Shown: positions 8,773 to 17,300 of the stretch, piece by piece
How the letters are laid out: each line of letters begins with the position of its first letter
Numbering within the stretch: the first letter of the stretch is position 1
Source: a virus
IMG/VR virus record: IMGVR_UViG_3300026534_000102
Coordinates: 51,312-115,311 of that record
DNA: 64,000 nt
Direction: 5' to 3' (one strand)
Translations under genes and position numbers: made by a program
The notes under the pieces: generated by a model
What the model was told of the DNA's origin: nothing
What the model saw: only the letters and a program-made list of their open reading frames with translations
Database searches by the model: none

Positions 8773-10162
8773 CTGAATATGTTGCATCCGCACTATCCTC
8801 ATTGAGTACATCGTCGTCTTTCATATAATTAATAAGCTGGTTTTCAGCGTCCACCTCTTTAATTCTTAGGTATTCTTTGAAAAAATAATAACCTATACCA
8901 GCTTCCCCAGTACTGCCGCCTCTACGAGTATCTCTAATAAGAAGTTTATGAGTTCCACCTTTATAACCACCGGCCTCAATTTCTTCTTTTTCCTTTTTAA
9001 ACCAATGAGCAATAATGTCAGCATATCGTGCTATTTTATCACTGTCCGCAACATCGTTGGCTCTATTTAATTGAACGGCACTTAGAATAGGGACATCTAA
9101 CTCCCCCGACAAATCTTTCAGTTTAGTTGCCACGTCTCCTAAAATTTGGTATTCTTTTCTCTGTTTGTCAGAATTACCATAAATAGCAGGTTCTTTCAAA
9201 TAATCAAACACTATCAAACCTATATTATGTTTTAGTTTAAACTTTTTACAAAGCGCTACTAATTTGTCAATACTATACCCAGGCATATACTCATGAAATA
9301 AAAGACCATTCGCAATTAAATTTAAACATCGTTTGATAATATTATTATACTCGTCTTCACTGTAGCCACCATGTATAATAGTTCGTTCTTTTACACCAGA
9401 CATTCCTGCTACCAATCTTGACCTAAATTGATGGAATGGAAGTTCAGTGTCAATATAAAGGGTGGGAACTCTCAACTTGTAAGCATCATATGTAGCTATA
9501 TTGGTAAGTAAAGCACTTTTTCCCATTTTCTTACGAGCAGCTATAAACATTAAAGTGCCTGGGATTAAACCATCTATTTGTTTGTCTAATATAGGATATC
9601 CAGTTGACAACCCAGACATCTCTATTTTATGTTCTTTTCGATCTTCAATCCATTCTTTAAGACCATCAGCAACATCCAAAGGTTCCTGAATAGACCTGCT
9701 TTGCGTAGAAAGGTCTAAAATATAATTTTCAAGGCTTCCTATTAGTTCTTCGCTCGTTTTTTCATCATTTACGCTGTTTTTAATAGCTTTTTCATGCTCT
9801 AAAACAGCCTCATAGAGTTTACATTTTGTGCTAGACTCTAATACATTAAACAGAACCTTATCAAAATTTTCACCTTTAGTGCTTGTACCGACTACCCCAT
9901 TAACATATTCATAGCCACCTAAATTGTCTATAATTCCTTGTTTACGGGCCTCATTTAATATGATAACTCCATCTAACTTTTTATAACCCGACAAGTATAA
10001 ATCACTGATAAGTATAAAAAACAATCGATGTTCAGCATCCAAAAAATCCTCTGGCACAAGCTTAGATGCTACAGTATAATATAAATCTTGATCGGACAAA
10101 CAAAAATTTAATAACAACCGCTCATCACCAGCAGAACAAAAAAGAGCCTTACCTTTGCCCAT
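8756..10162 (-). CDS. dnaB: DnaB-type replicative helicase
   Basis: GLSTGYPILD, Walker A AARKKMGKS, IDTE, IVFDYL, QLNR; DnaB-like N-terminal domain; GGAGG RBS. Confidence 0.92.
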   Translation of the reverse strand: MGKGKALFCSAGDERLLLNFCLSDQDLYYTVASKLVPEDFLDAEHRLFFILISDLYLSGYKKLDGVIILNEARKQGIIDNLGGYEYVNGVVGTSTKGENFDKVLFNVLESSTKCKLYEAVLEHEKAIKNSVNDEKTSEELIGSLENYILDLSTQSRSIQEPLDVADGLKEWIEDRKEHKIEMSGLSTGYPILDKQIDGLIPGTLMFIAARKKMGKSALLTNIATYDAYKLRVPTLYIDTELPFHQFRSRLVAGMSGVKERTIIHGGYSEDEYNNIIKRCLNLIANGLLFHEYMPGYSIDKLVALCKKFKLKHNIGLIVFDYLKEPAIYGNSDKQRKEYQILGDVATKLKDLSGELDVPILSAVQLNRANDVADSDKIARYADIIAHWFKKEKEEIEAGGYKGGTHKLLIRDTRRGGSTGEAGIGYYFFKEYLRIKEVDAENQLINYMKDDDVLNEDSADATYSDEELI

Positions 10163-10166
10163 CCAC

Positions 10167-10625
10167 TTACCTCCTATTCATTTTAGAAAATGACAGTTCT
10201 TCGCCTCGCCGTGTCAATTCTCGTTTCAATGCGTTTATTAGTTCTAAAATAGTTTTATCCATTCCTTCAGTCATTATAAGCTCATAATTCAGTTTGTCAA
10301 GCGCTTTTCTCATGGAAGACAAGGACGCATTGTTACTAATTAAATATTCCCTAGCATCTGCCTTTGTTTTAAATTTTTTTAATATCTCTTGGCCTAACAA
10401 ATGAAATACAATCCTTTCTATTTCTTGTTTAATCTTTAAAATTTTCATTTTTAATTTATTACGTTGATATCGCATATAAACTAAATACTGTGCCAGAGCA
10501 GCACAAAACTTACTTAGCTCGACACTTTCTAAACTATCTAATTTATTAAAATTGTAAGAAAAAGCCCGTTCCACCAAATCAAGTGTGGGCGCTATTTTTT
10601 TATACATAAAAATGGTTTGATCCAT
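10167..10625 (-). CDS. Helical protein, possible UvsY-like recombination mediator
   Basis: All-helical, ~150 aa, KTKADAREYL segment, close to RecA; resemblance judged by eye only. Confidence 0.35.
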   Translation of the reverse strand: MDQTIFMYKKIAPTLDLVERAFSYNFNKLDSLESVELSKFCAALAQYLVYMRYQRNKLKMKILKIKQEIERIVFHLLGQEILKKFKTKADAREYLISNNASLSSMRKALDKLNYELIMTEGMDKTILELINALKRELTRRGEELSFSKMNRR

Positions 10626-10873
10626 TAGGAAATTTCCTCATCTACTCCTTTAGTTTCCTCGGTAACATTCATTCCCGTACAAAAATAATCAAACTCTAAT
10701 TTTCCAGTTTCTTTATTAATGAACGATAACCAATCACTTTTCATATTAATTTGTCTACACAAAAGACTAAGAGAACAGTATTTAGTGTCTCCTACTTTGG
10801 TACCATCTTCCATTGGGCACCAATCCATACAATCCTTATTGTGTTTTTTATTTATGTTTATAATTTTACTCAT
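10625..10873 (-). CDS. Small Cys-rich hypothetical protein
   Basis: 82 aa with five Cys; overlaps both neighbours. Confidence 0.6.
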   Translation of the reverse strand: MSKIININKKHNKDCMDWCPMEDGTKVGDTKYCSLSLLCRQINMKSDWLSFINKETGKLEFDYFCTGMNVTEETKGVDEEIS

Positions 10874-11222
10874 AAAAACCCCTATCTAAGGCTTTGTTTA
10901 TTTTTTCTTTCACAAAAGCACCAGAAATTTTTTCGTTATAATAAAATCTAACCAAACTACGTGTATTGTCCTGTTGTATGTATTCTATTTTAAGATTATC
11001 TCTTTTCTTTTGGTTCAGAAAACGCTCTTTTGTACCATGGAAATGAAGATTAAATTTAACATGTTGCTGCCCCTGAACCTCTACATACAAATTAAATTCT
11101 TTTATATAAAAATCAAAAAACAACTTAGTATTTCGATAGTTCACATAAAGTTCAGGTATAATGGTATACCTGGGAAATAGAGCTTTCAAAATTTCATGAA
11201 CACTATTTGCTATTTCGCTCAT
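10866..11222 (-). CDS. PD-(D/E)XK endonuclease (DUF559/Vsr-like)
   Basis: LFFDFYIKEFNLYVEVQGQQH...QKKRDNLK...LVRF. Confidence 0.75.
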   Translation of the reverse strand: MSEIANSVHEILKALFPRYTIIPELYVNYRNTKLFFDFYIKEFNLYVEVQGQQHVKFNLHFHGTKERFLNQKKRDNLKIEYIQQDNTRSLVRFYYNEKISGAFVKEKINKALDRGFYE

Positions 11223-12243
11223 ATTGTTCCTTTAGTCCAGTAAGCTCTACTATTTGAGTTCTAAGGGTTGAATAAAAGTCATCATGCTCTTTAAGATAAG
11301 CTACAGCATTTTCTTCTCCCTGCGCAAATTTTTCATCTGAATGATAATAATAAGCCCCCCTTTTTTCTATCAAACCTAACCCTTCGGATAATACCAACAC
11401 TTCCCTATAAACATCATATCCAACACCATAAATTAAAGGCACCTCCGCCGTACGATAAGGTGGCGCCAACTTATTTTTTCTAACCGTAAAAGTAGTCTTA
11501 TGACCCAAAACTTCTCCTGTAATAGGATCAACAATTCTTTGATTTTTAAATGCGCCACCAGATACTTGAATACGGCCAGTTGCATAAAAATCCAATGCGG
11601 CGCCGCCAGTAGTTGTAGTAGGATCGCCCCAACTCCCAATTTTAGTTCTTATCTGATTAATAAAAATAACCAATGTATTAGTTTCACTAGCAAGAGGACT
11701 AAAACGGCGCATTGCCTTACTCATAAGACGTGCTAACAACCCAATATGATCATCTCCTATGACTGAGTCTGCTTCCGCAGACGGCATAAGAGCAGAAACA
11801 CTATCAATAACGGCAACATCTATTTCTCCTGTCTTTACTAATGTTTCTACGGCATCTAGATTTTCTTCGCCATTAAAAGCCCTAATTAGTTCAACCTCAT
11901 CTATATTAACGCCCATAGATTTAAATAATTTAGGATCGGCTGCATGCTCGGCATCACAAAAACAACACTTCATACCCCGTTTTTGAGCTTGTGCCATTAT
12001 ACTCATAGCCAATGTGGTTTTTCCACAAGACGGCTCCCCAAATAATTCATAAATCCTACCCAGAGCCACTCCTCCACGGCCTAACGCAATATCCAAACCT
12101 AAACATCCGGTTGAAACCGTGTTGATGTCTAAGTCGCCTTGTTCACCTAAAGTACTTATAATGCTACCATACTTTTTTATTATAGCCTTCTTGGCCAACT
12201 CTAAACTATTAATCTCTTTCTTAATACTTTTCTTTTTTGCCAT
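11203..12243 (-). CDS. recA: RecA recombinase
   Basis: STGCLGLDIALGRGG, GEPSCGKTT, DAEHA, VIDSV, ARLMSKAMR, FINQIR, GGAALDFYA, KNKLAPPYR. Confidence 0.96.
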   Translation of the reverse strand: MAKKKSIKKEINSLELAKKAIIKKYGSIISTLGEQGDLDINTVSTGCLGLDIALGRGGVALGRIYELFGEPSCGKTTLAMSIMAQAQKRGMKCCFCDAEHAADPKLFKSMGVNIDEVELIRAFNGEENLDAVETLVKTGEIDVAVIDSVSALMPSAEADSVIGDDHIGLLARLMSKAMRRFSPLASETNTLVIFINQIRTKIGSWGDPTTTTGGAALDFYATGRIQVSGGAFKNQRIVDPITGEVLGHKTTFTVRKNKLAPPYRTAEVPLIYGVGYDVYREVLVLSEGLGLIEKRGAYYYHSDEKFAQGEENAVAYLKEHDDFYSTLRTQIVELTGLKEQYERNSK

Positions 12244-12244
12244 A

Positions 12245-12811
12245 CTAAATCCCTTCCAACCTTAAGAATTCAACACCTTTTTCCTTTAAAATTTTGTCTA
12301 ATATTTCTTTTTCAATACGTTCATCCAAACAACGTTGTTGTTCTTTATTTTTATCATGAATAATTCTAATTATTTTCTCAGTAACCCATCCCATTTTTTG
12401 CTGACCAAAAATCCCAAAATTGCTAACAGGCCCATCAAAATTAAATTCAGAACTGTTTTTAAATAATGTCTCTATAATAAGGGAACATTCTTGAAGTGCT
12501 TCTTTCTTGGTTATAGAAGATGCATCCATTCTACTTTGTACAAAATCTTTGGCAATCTTCATATCTTTTTTAATGTTCCTATAGTAACCCACGGCTTGAG
12601 GATAGTGATAATCAACCAATGCATAAAACAACTGAACTAAATCTTTGGTATTTTTCACATTTGTATATTTCGGTTCAATTGGTTCAATGATTTTATACCC
12701 CAAAAACCGTAAATATTCTTTACATTTAACTTCAATCAATTGTTCTCTTATCAATGTCTCTTGATTAAGAGCATCAAATAATTCTGATAAAATTTTTTCT
12801 TTAACTATCAT
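12245..12811 (-). CDS. Hypothetical protein
   Basis: 188-aa ORF packed tightly between dnaN and recA. Confidence 0.7.
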   Translation of the reverse strand: MIVKEKILSELFDALNQETLIREQLIEVKCKEYLRFLGYKIIEPIEPKYTNVKNTKDLVQLFYALVDYHYPQAVGYYRNIKKDMKIAKDFVQSRMDASSITKKEALQECSLIIETLFKNSSEFNFDGPVSNFGIFGQQKMGWVTEKIIRIIHDKNKEQQRCLDERIEKEILDKILKEKGVEFLRLEGI

Positions 12812-12814
12812 AAT

Positions 12815-13954
12815 TTACCGTCTTCGTAAAGGCACAATTAGAGCTTTCTGGTTATTATAAGACATAGAATCAAACAACACATTTTTAGTGGGTTCTTCAG
12901 AGAACCTTATAGCAATAATTGTGTCTTTAATCGCATCAATTGTTTTATACAACAACAATCCATTCATGTCCACTATGTGTTCTCCAGAAAAATTAAAATC
13001 ACAATCACATATAAATTGACCAGACTCATTATAAAAAGTTAATTTTTTATTTTCTATCTTAATAGACAAGCGGTTATAGTCATTAGCATCTAATGAATCA
13101 ATAAAAGGCACCAAATTACTCATAAGTACTTCTTTATCCACTGCTATTTCGTGCTGGTAGTCAGTCAGAAGACCTTTATAATCAGGGAATTTAGATCCCA
13201 CTATTGTCTTTCCCCATAACAATACATCGCCTGATTGCATTTTTATCGACTTATCACTAACTTCAAAGTTCATGATTATATCTGGAGAAATAAATCTACG
13301 CAATGCCATCACATAATCCAGTTTTACGACAAAAGCTTCATTTGTTATTTCACTCTCATTACCAATAGTAAACTCAGAAAGCGCTTTACCATCACTACCA
13401 ACAAAACAAATATCATTTTCATCGAACCTTAAACACATTCCTCTTAAAGATGCTGCCATACAATTCGGATCAACACAGTATAAGACCTTACTAACCGCCG
13501 CCTTCAGGGCATCAGAATTAAGAGTAAAAGTAGTATTCTTAATGGCAGTTTGTTTCGGAATACTATCAGCATTGTACACAGACAAGCGCATTCTTCCATT
13601 CGAAACCTTACCATTTGAATACTTGTTTTTAACAGAAATGATTATATTATGTTCGTCTCCCTTAAATACAAAATCTTTTGCACCAACCTGCTTTTCTTCA
13701 TCCCAAGCAATAAAAGGCGATACAAAAGACTTTAAACTACTAAAAATTACAGATGTCCTTCCAATTTCTTCAACTACTACATTATGAGTAAGTATAGAAA
13801 CTCCAGTAGATAAATTATTAGACAAAAACAAAACACTATCTTTTGACACTTCAATTAAAATCCTACCAGGCACTTCAGCCGTATTAACCTTAGCAGTAAT
13901 ACCCAACAAATTAACAACACCCTGTAATTCTTGAACAGGAATACTAAACTTCAT
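12815..13954 (-). CDS. dnaN: DNA polymerase III beta sliding clamp homolog
   Basis: 379 aa; MKFSI start, LRGM, VGSDGKAL (ATDGHRL-like), KFPDYK, C-terminal LIVPLR; AGGAG RBS. Confidence 0.85.
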   Translation of the reverse strand: MKFSIPVQELQGVVNLLGITAKVNTAEVPGRILIEVSKDSVLFLSNNLSTGVSILTHNVVVEEIGRTSVIFSSLKSFVSPFIAWDEEKQVGAKDFVFKGDEHNIIISVKNKYSNGKVSNGRMRLSVYNADSIPKQTAIKNTTFTLNSDALKAAVSKVLYCVDPNCMAASLRGMCLRFDENDICFVGSDGKALSEFTIGNESEITNEAFVVKLDYVMALRRFISPDIIMNFEVSDKSIKMQSGDVLLWGKTIVGSKFPDYKGLLTDYQHEIAVDKEVLMSNLVPFIDSLDANDYNRLSIKIENKKLTFYNESGQFICDCDFNFSGEHIVDMNGLLLYKTIDAIKDTIIAIRFSEEPTKNVLFDSMSYNNQKALIVPLRRR

Positions 13955-14000
13955 ATTGTAATTCTCCTTTTAAATTTAATTTATCTTCACAACTGATGTA

Positions 14001-14028
14001 AAGTTAAGACATTATTTTAATTTGTCAA
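14001..14028 (-). promoter_or_regulatory. Sigma70-type promoter for the replication module
   Basis: Minus-strand TTGACA (14028-14023), 16 nt spacer, TAACTT (14006-14001), preceded by A-tracts (UP-element-like), in the gap between the structural and replication modules. Confidence 0.6.
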
Positions 14029-14080
14029 GAATTTTTTTGACTTTTTTTAATTAATTCTTTTTTTTGTACTTTTGTTAAAA

Positions 14081-16192
14081 TTAATTAACGATTTCAATTC
14101 CGTCACTGTCGTATCCGACTACTGTCGAATAAGGGGCTTGCCCTAATATAAAGGCTCCAATACTTGTCTGCGCTGACTTAACATATTTTGGTACAATTTG
14201 TGCTTTGAGTTGTGCCAACATACTTTTATGGTTTAAATTAATTACAGCATTTAGATCAGAGGATGCTTCCCACGTAACAAACTCTATAATACTCCTGACC
14301 GCATCATCAATTAATCTATATTTTGATAGGTTGTGTAATGCTGCTGCTCTAAAAAGACGGCGTTTTTTTCCAGTTAATAGGTTTTCAGGAGAATACGCAG
14401 TGGCCTGTAACAACCACTTATCAAAAAAACCAGCAGCAAAAACTTTATCAGCAGTAGATAAGTAAACATACTCTTTAACGGCATCCTTTAGGGAAAACTC
14501 AACTACTTTTGATAATAACAACCTATTAGGATCAGCAACACTTGGTTTATAAACACGTTCTTTATTTTTTTGATGCTCAAAAACATAATTTCTTAAGTAA
14601 ACAGAATAAACTTTAGCTGATAAATCAGTATGCATAGGAATAGGAGTTAAATTAGCAGACATATCGCTTATGCCATTAAACAATGTAAAATAAACAGGAA
14701 GAATGTCATATACTTTAGCGGCATCACTTTTAATTCTTATTGTTAAAGGTAATTTATCTAAAACTACACGTGTAAGTGTTTCTCCAACAGAAGCTGATAA
14801 ATCGACAGGAGTCAGATCTTTAATCCCCCTCAAATACCCGCCAAGATCCGATTTAAATACAGAACTTATATAGGCACTTAAATTTGAAAATTTAGAAAAA
14901 ATACAAGACACATTTATCATAGCAGACAAGTCATAATTATTTAATGTAATCATTTTTAATATGGATGTCAAGCGAATCATTTTAGGAAATATACTGGCAG
15001 GCAAATTTCCAAATCCCGCCGGGAAAATTTTTGCAGATAACACTGAGTATGAGTCAATAAAAACATATGCCTTCAAATCCAACTTATCCCAACCATAAGT
15101 AGACGAAGGCAAATTTTTGAATTCTTTAGATGCCACAACAGGTCTTGCGTATGCAATTAAATCTTTAAATCCACCAGACCCATTAATGTAAGCCTTTAAT
15201 TGATATGGATAATCTTTACCATACAAAGAGGCTGTTAAATAAGCTTCTTGCCAACCATGAATTTTAGCAGGTAAACGTATAGGTGAAATTGAATGTATAT
15301 ACCCACCTAAATTCTTAATTTCATACGAAAAAATATAAGCTGGTAGATATCTAAACTGAAAAGCCACTATGTAAGCACTCAAGTTTCTCTTAGCTTCTCT
15401 TACCCAACCCTTTACCAAACTTCCCAAATTTATCCAAACGTGCGTTCCTATATATGAGCTTAAATCAGCATACGGCTTCCCTTTTATATACGCAGCTAAA
15501 TTTAAACTATTCCAACCATGAATTAGAGCATACAAATAACGTTCTGGCCACACCTTTAAATAGGCATTAAGATTTTTCGGCGGAACAGGATATAGAGATG
15601 AAGGTAAATTCTTTAATAACAGCCCTGCTAAAGTTGCATTTAAATTTAATGCCTGCCAGCCATAAACATTTGCCGATAGATCTTTTTGTCCACTTACAAA
15701 AATATTTATATAACCACCTAAATCCCTTGGTAAATCACTACCAATAGTGGCATTAATAATTGAAACAGCATATCCACGAATATACGAAGGTAAATCTAAA
15801 TGCTCATAAACCTTAATAAAAGCAGACAAATCGAAAGGAACCTTACTTGCCTTCAATTGCTTTAAAAACGCCGATAAATCGGCCACTCCATGCTCTGCGC
15901 CTTTTATACTTATTCGTGCTCCCAAATCACGTATTCCGCCATAAACACAACGTCCTTTTAAAATCTGAACCCCATACGCAGAATAACCAATAACATATGT
16001 GGGACAATACTTTTTATAAGTATACGTAGACTCCTGGTATATTCCCATTACTTGTATAGCAGCTTTTAAATCAGAAACACTGTATTCTGGATGAAAATCT
16101 ATATCCGTAGGATTATAAGTAGGTTTTGCATATCCAGTCTTAGTGAATTTAAAAGGAATTGCTTTACTATCTGGTGGATTATATCCAGGCAT
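14081..16192 (-). CDS. Putative virion protein with many short (D/N)L-x-A/G-x-I repeats (solenoid or fibre-like)
   Basis: DLSAFLK, DLSAFIK, DLPSYIRG, DLGGYIN, DLSANVYG, NLNAYLK etc. at ~11-14 aa spacing; last gene of the structural region. Confidence 0.6.
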   Translation of the reverse strand: MPGYNPPDSKAIPFKFTKTGYAKPTYNPTDIDFHPEYSVSDLKAAIQVMGIYQESTYTYKKYCPTYVIGYSAYGVQILKGRCVYGGIRDLGARISIKGAEHGVADLSAFLKQLKASKVPFDLSAFIKVYEHLDLPSYIRGYAVSIINATIGSDLPRDLGGYINIFVSGQKDLSANVYGWQALNLNATLAGLLLKNLPSSLYPVPPKNLNAYLKVWPERYLYALIHGWNSLNLAAYIKGKPYADLSSYIGTHVWINLGSLVKGWVREAKRNLSAYIVAFQFRYLPAYIFSYEIKNLGGYIHSISPIRLPAKIHGWQEAYLTASLYGKDYPYQLKAYINGSGGFKDLIAYARPVVASKEFKNLPSSTYGWDKLDLKAYVFIDSYSVLSAKIFPAGFGNLPASIFPKMIRLTSILKMITLNNYDLSAMINVSCIFSKFSNLSAYISSVFKSDLGGYLRGIKDLTPVDLSASVGETLTRVVLDKLPLTIRIKSDAAKVYDILPVYFTLFNGISDMSANLTPIPMHTDLSAKVYSVYLRNYVFEHQKNKERVYKPSVADPNRLLLSKVVEFSLKDAVKEYVYLSTADKVFAAGFFDKWLLQATAYSPENLLTGKKRRLFRAAALHNLSKYRLIDDAVRSIIEFVTWEASSDLNAVINLNHKSMLAQLKAQIVPKYVKSAQTSIGAFILGQAPYSTVVGYDSDGIEIVN

Positions 16193-16193
16193 T

Positions 16194-16517
16194 TTATCCC
16201 CTTGATCCTATGTTGATATCAACAACATCTTCCGATGTTAATTTTTCATTGGCAGCGCCGGTATGGGACGTAGTGTAAAAATCCACAAGTTGCTTAGTAG
16301 ATAAATCAACAACAGATAAAGACGCTCCGTGACCCGTTGAAGCAGAATAAAACTTAAAAGAAGACCTGCTTGCTTTTTCGTCGGCCCAAATAGCTGTAAA
16401 ATTATTACTATTACCACCTAGTATATAAAATATATTTCCTATAAAATTGAATTCTAAAGGTTGTTTAGGCCTTTTATAAGTTGCATCCTTAAAATTAAAT
16501 ATTAAATAATCAGACAT
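16194..16517 (-). CDS. Small putative virion protein
   Basis: 107 aa; shares YxLxGxSNNxxxIWA with the C-terminus of 22906-24990. Confidence 0.6.
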   Translation of the reverse strand: MSDYLIFNFKDATYKRPKQPLEFNFIGNIFYILGGNSNNFTAIWADEKASRSSFKFYSASTGHGASLSVVDLSTKQLVDFYTTSHTGAANEKLTSEDVVDINIGSRG

Positions 16518-16532
16518 ATATATATATTACCT

Positions 16533-17297
16533 CTAAGCATAATAAACATCAGTATTATAGTTTTCTTCATCTATAACATAAATTCCAGAAGATGTTGCTA
16601 TAAATAAAGTGTTTTTTGTTCCGCCGGCAGAAGTATGAGACGTAACATATAAATCATTTATCTTTAATCCTGTACCTACATTAAAAACTTCACTTGGTTC
16701 AACCCAATCCATAAGAGTAGTATTTAACTTATTTATAGAATATTCCCCGCCCGAGATAGTAATATAATATGCCGTCTCATTATCCGGAACAAAACACTTA
16801 TATGCACCAGAAACAGTTGTTTTACTTCTATACCCATTTGGTTCCATTTGAAAAAAATCTACACCAGAAGAAGTACAACACATTATTTTATCGTTGTAAC
16901 CATGAATATATTTTACATTATCAGACGTGATACGAGGATACCTCAGATAATCCATAAGATAAGCAGTCAAATCTACTGGTGTATTAATGTTTATAGTAAT
17001 ATCATTTTTTGAAAAACATTTAATCCCAGACACAGATGTGGCAACATATACAGTATAATCGTTGCCCCATACAGATTTAAAACCTGAATCAAAATGAATA
17101 TAAGCGCCCTTATGTTCACTATCTATATCTATAATATCGAGACCAGTTCCAATAGCCGCATAAACATAATTAAGATCAGTATAAATTTGATAAAGCGTCG
17201 AAGGGGCAAAATCGTATACTCCCCCACTCCACGTAGTAGGAAAATATCCCGCATCAGAAAAGTTAAATATCCCTCCGCTAATCGTTGGTATTGACAT
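16533..17297 (-). CDS. Putative virion protein, beta-propeller-like
   Basis: Repeated YAAIGTGLDII / YVATSVSGIKCF / MCCTSSGVDFF / FIATSSGIYVI blades. Confidence 0.6.
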   Translation of the reverse strand: MSIPTISGGIFNFSDAGYFPTTWSGGVYDFAPSTLYQIYTDLNYVYAAIGTGLDIIDIDSEHKGAYIHFDSGFKSVWGNDYTVYVATSVSGIKCFSKNDITININTPVDLTAYLMDYLRYPRITSDNVKYIHGYNDKIMCCTSSGVDFFQMEPNGYRSKTTVSGAYKCFVPDNETAYYITISGGEYSINKLNTTLMDWVEPSEVFNVGTGLKINDLYVTSHTSAGGTKNTLFIATSSGIYVIDEENYNTDVYYA

Positions 17298-17300
17298 AAT

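Noticed and set aside
13955-14080. tRNA, terminator or replication origin in the AT-rich gap
   Set aside because: No cloverleaf, GC-rich hairpin or iterons seen; A-tracts plus TTGACA fit a promoter better.
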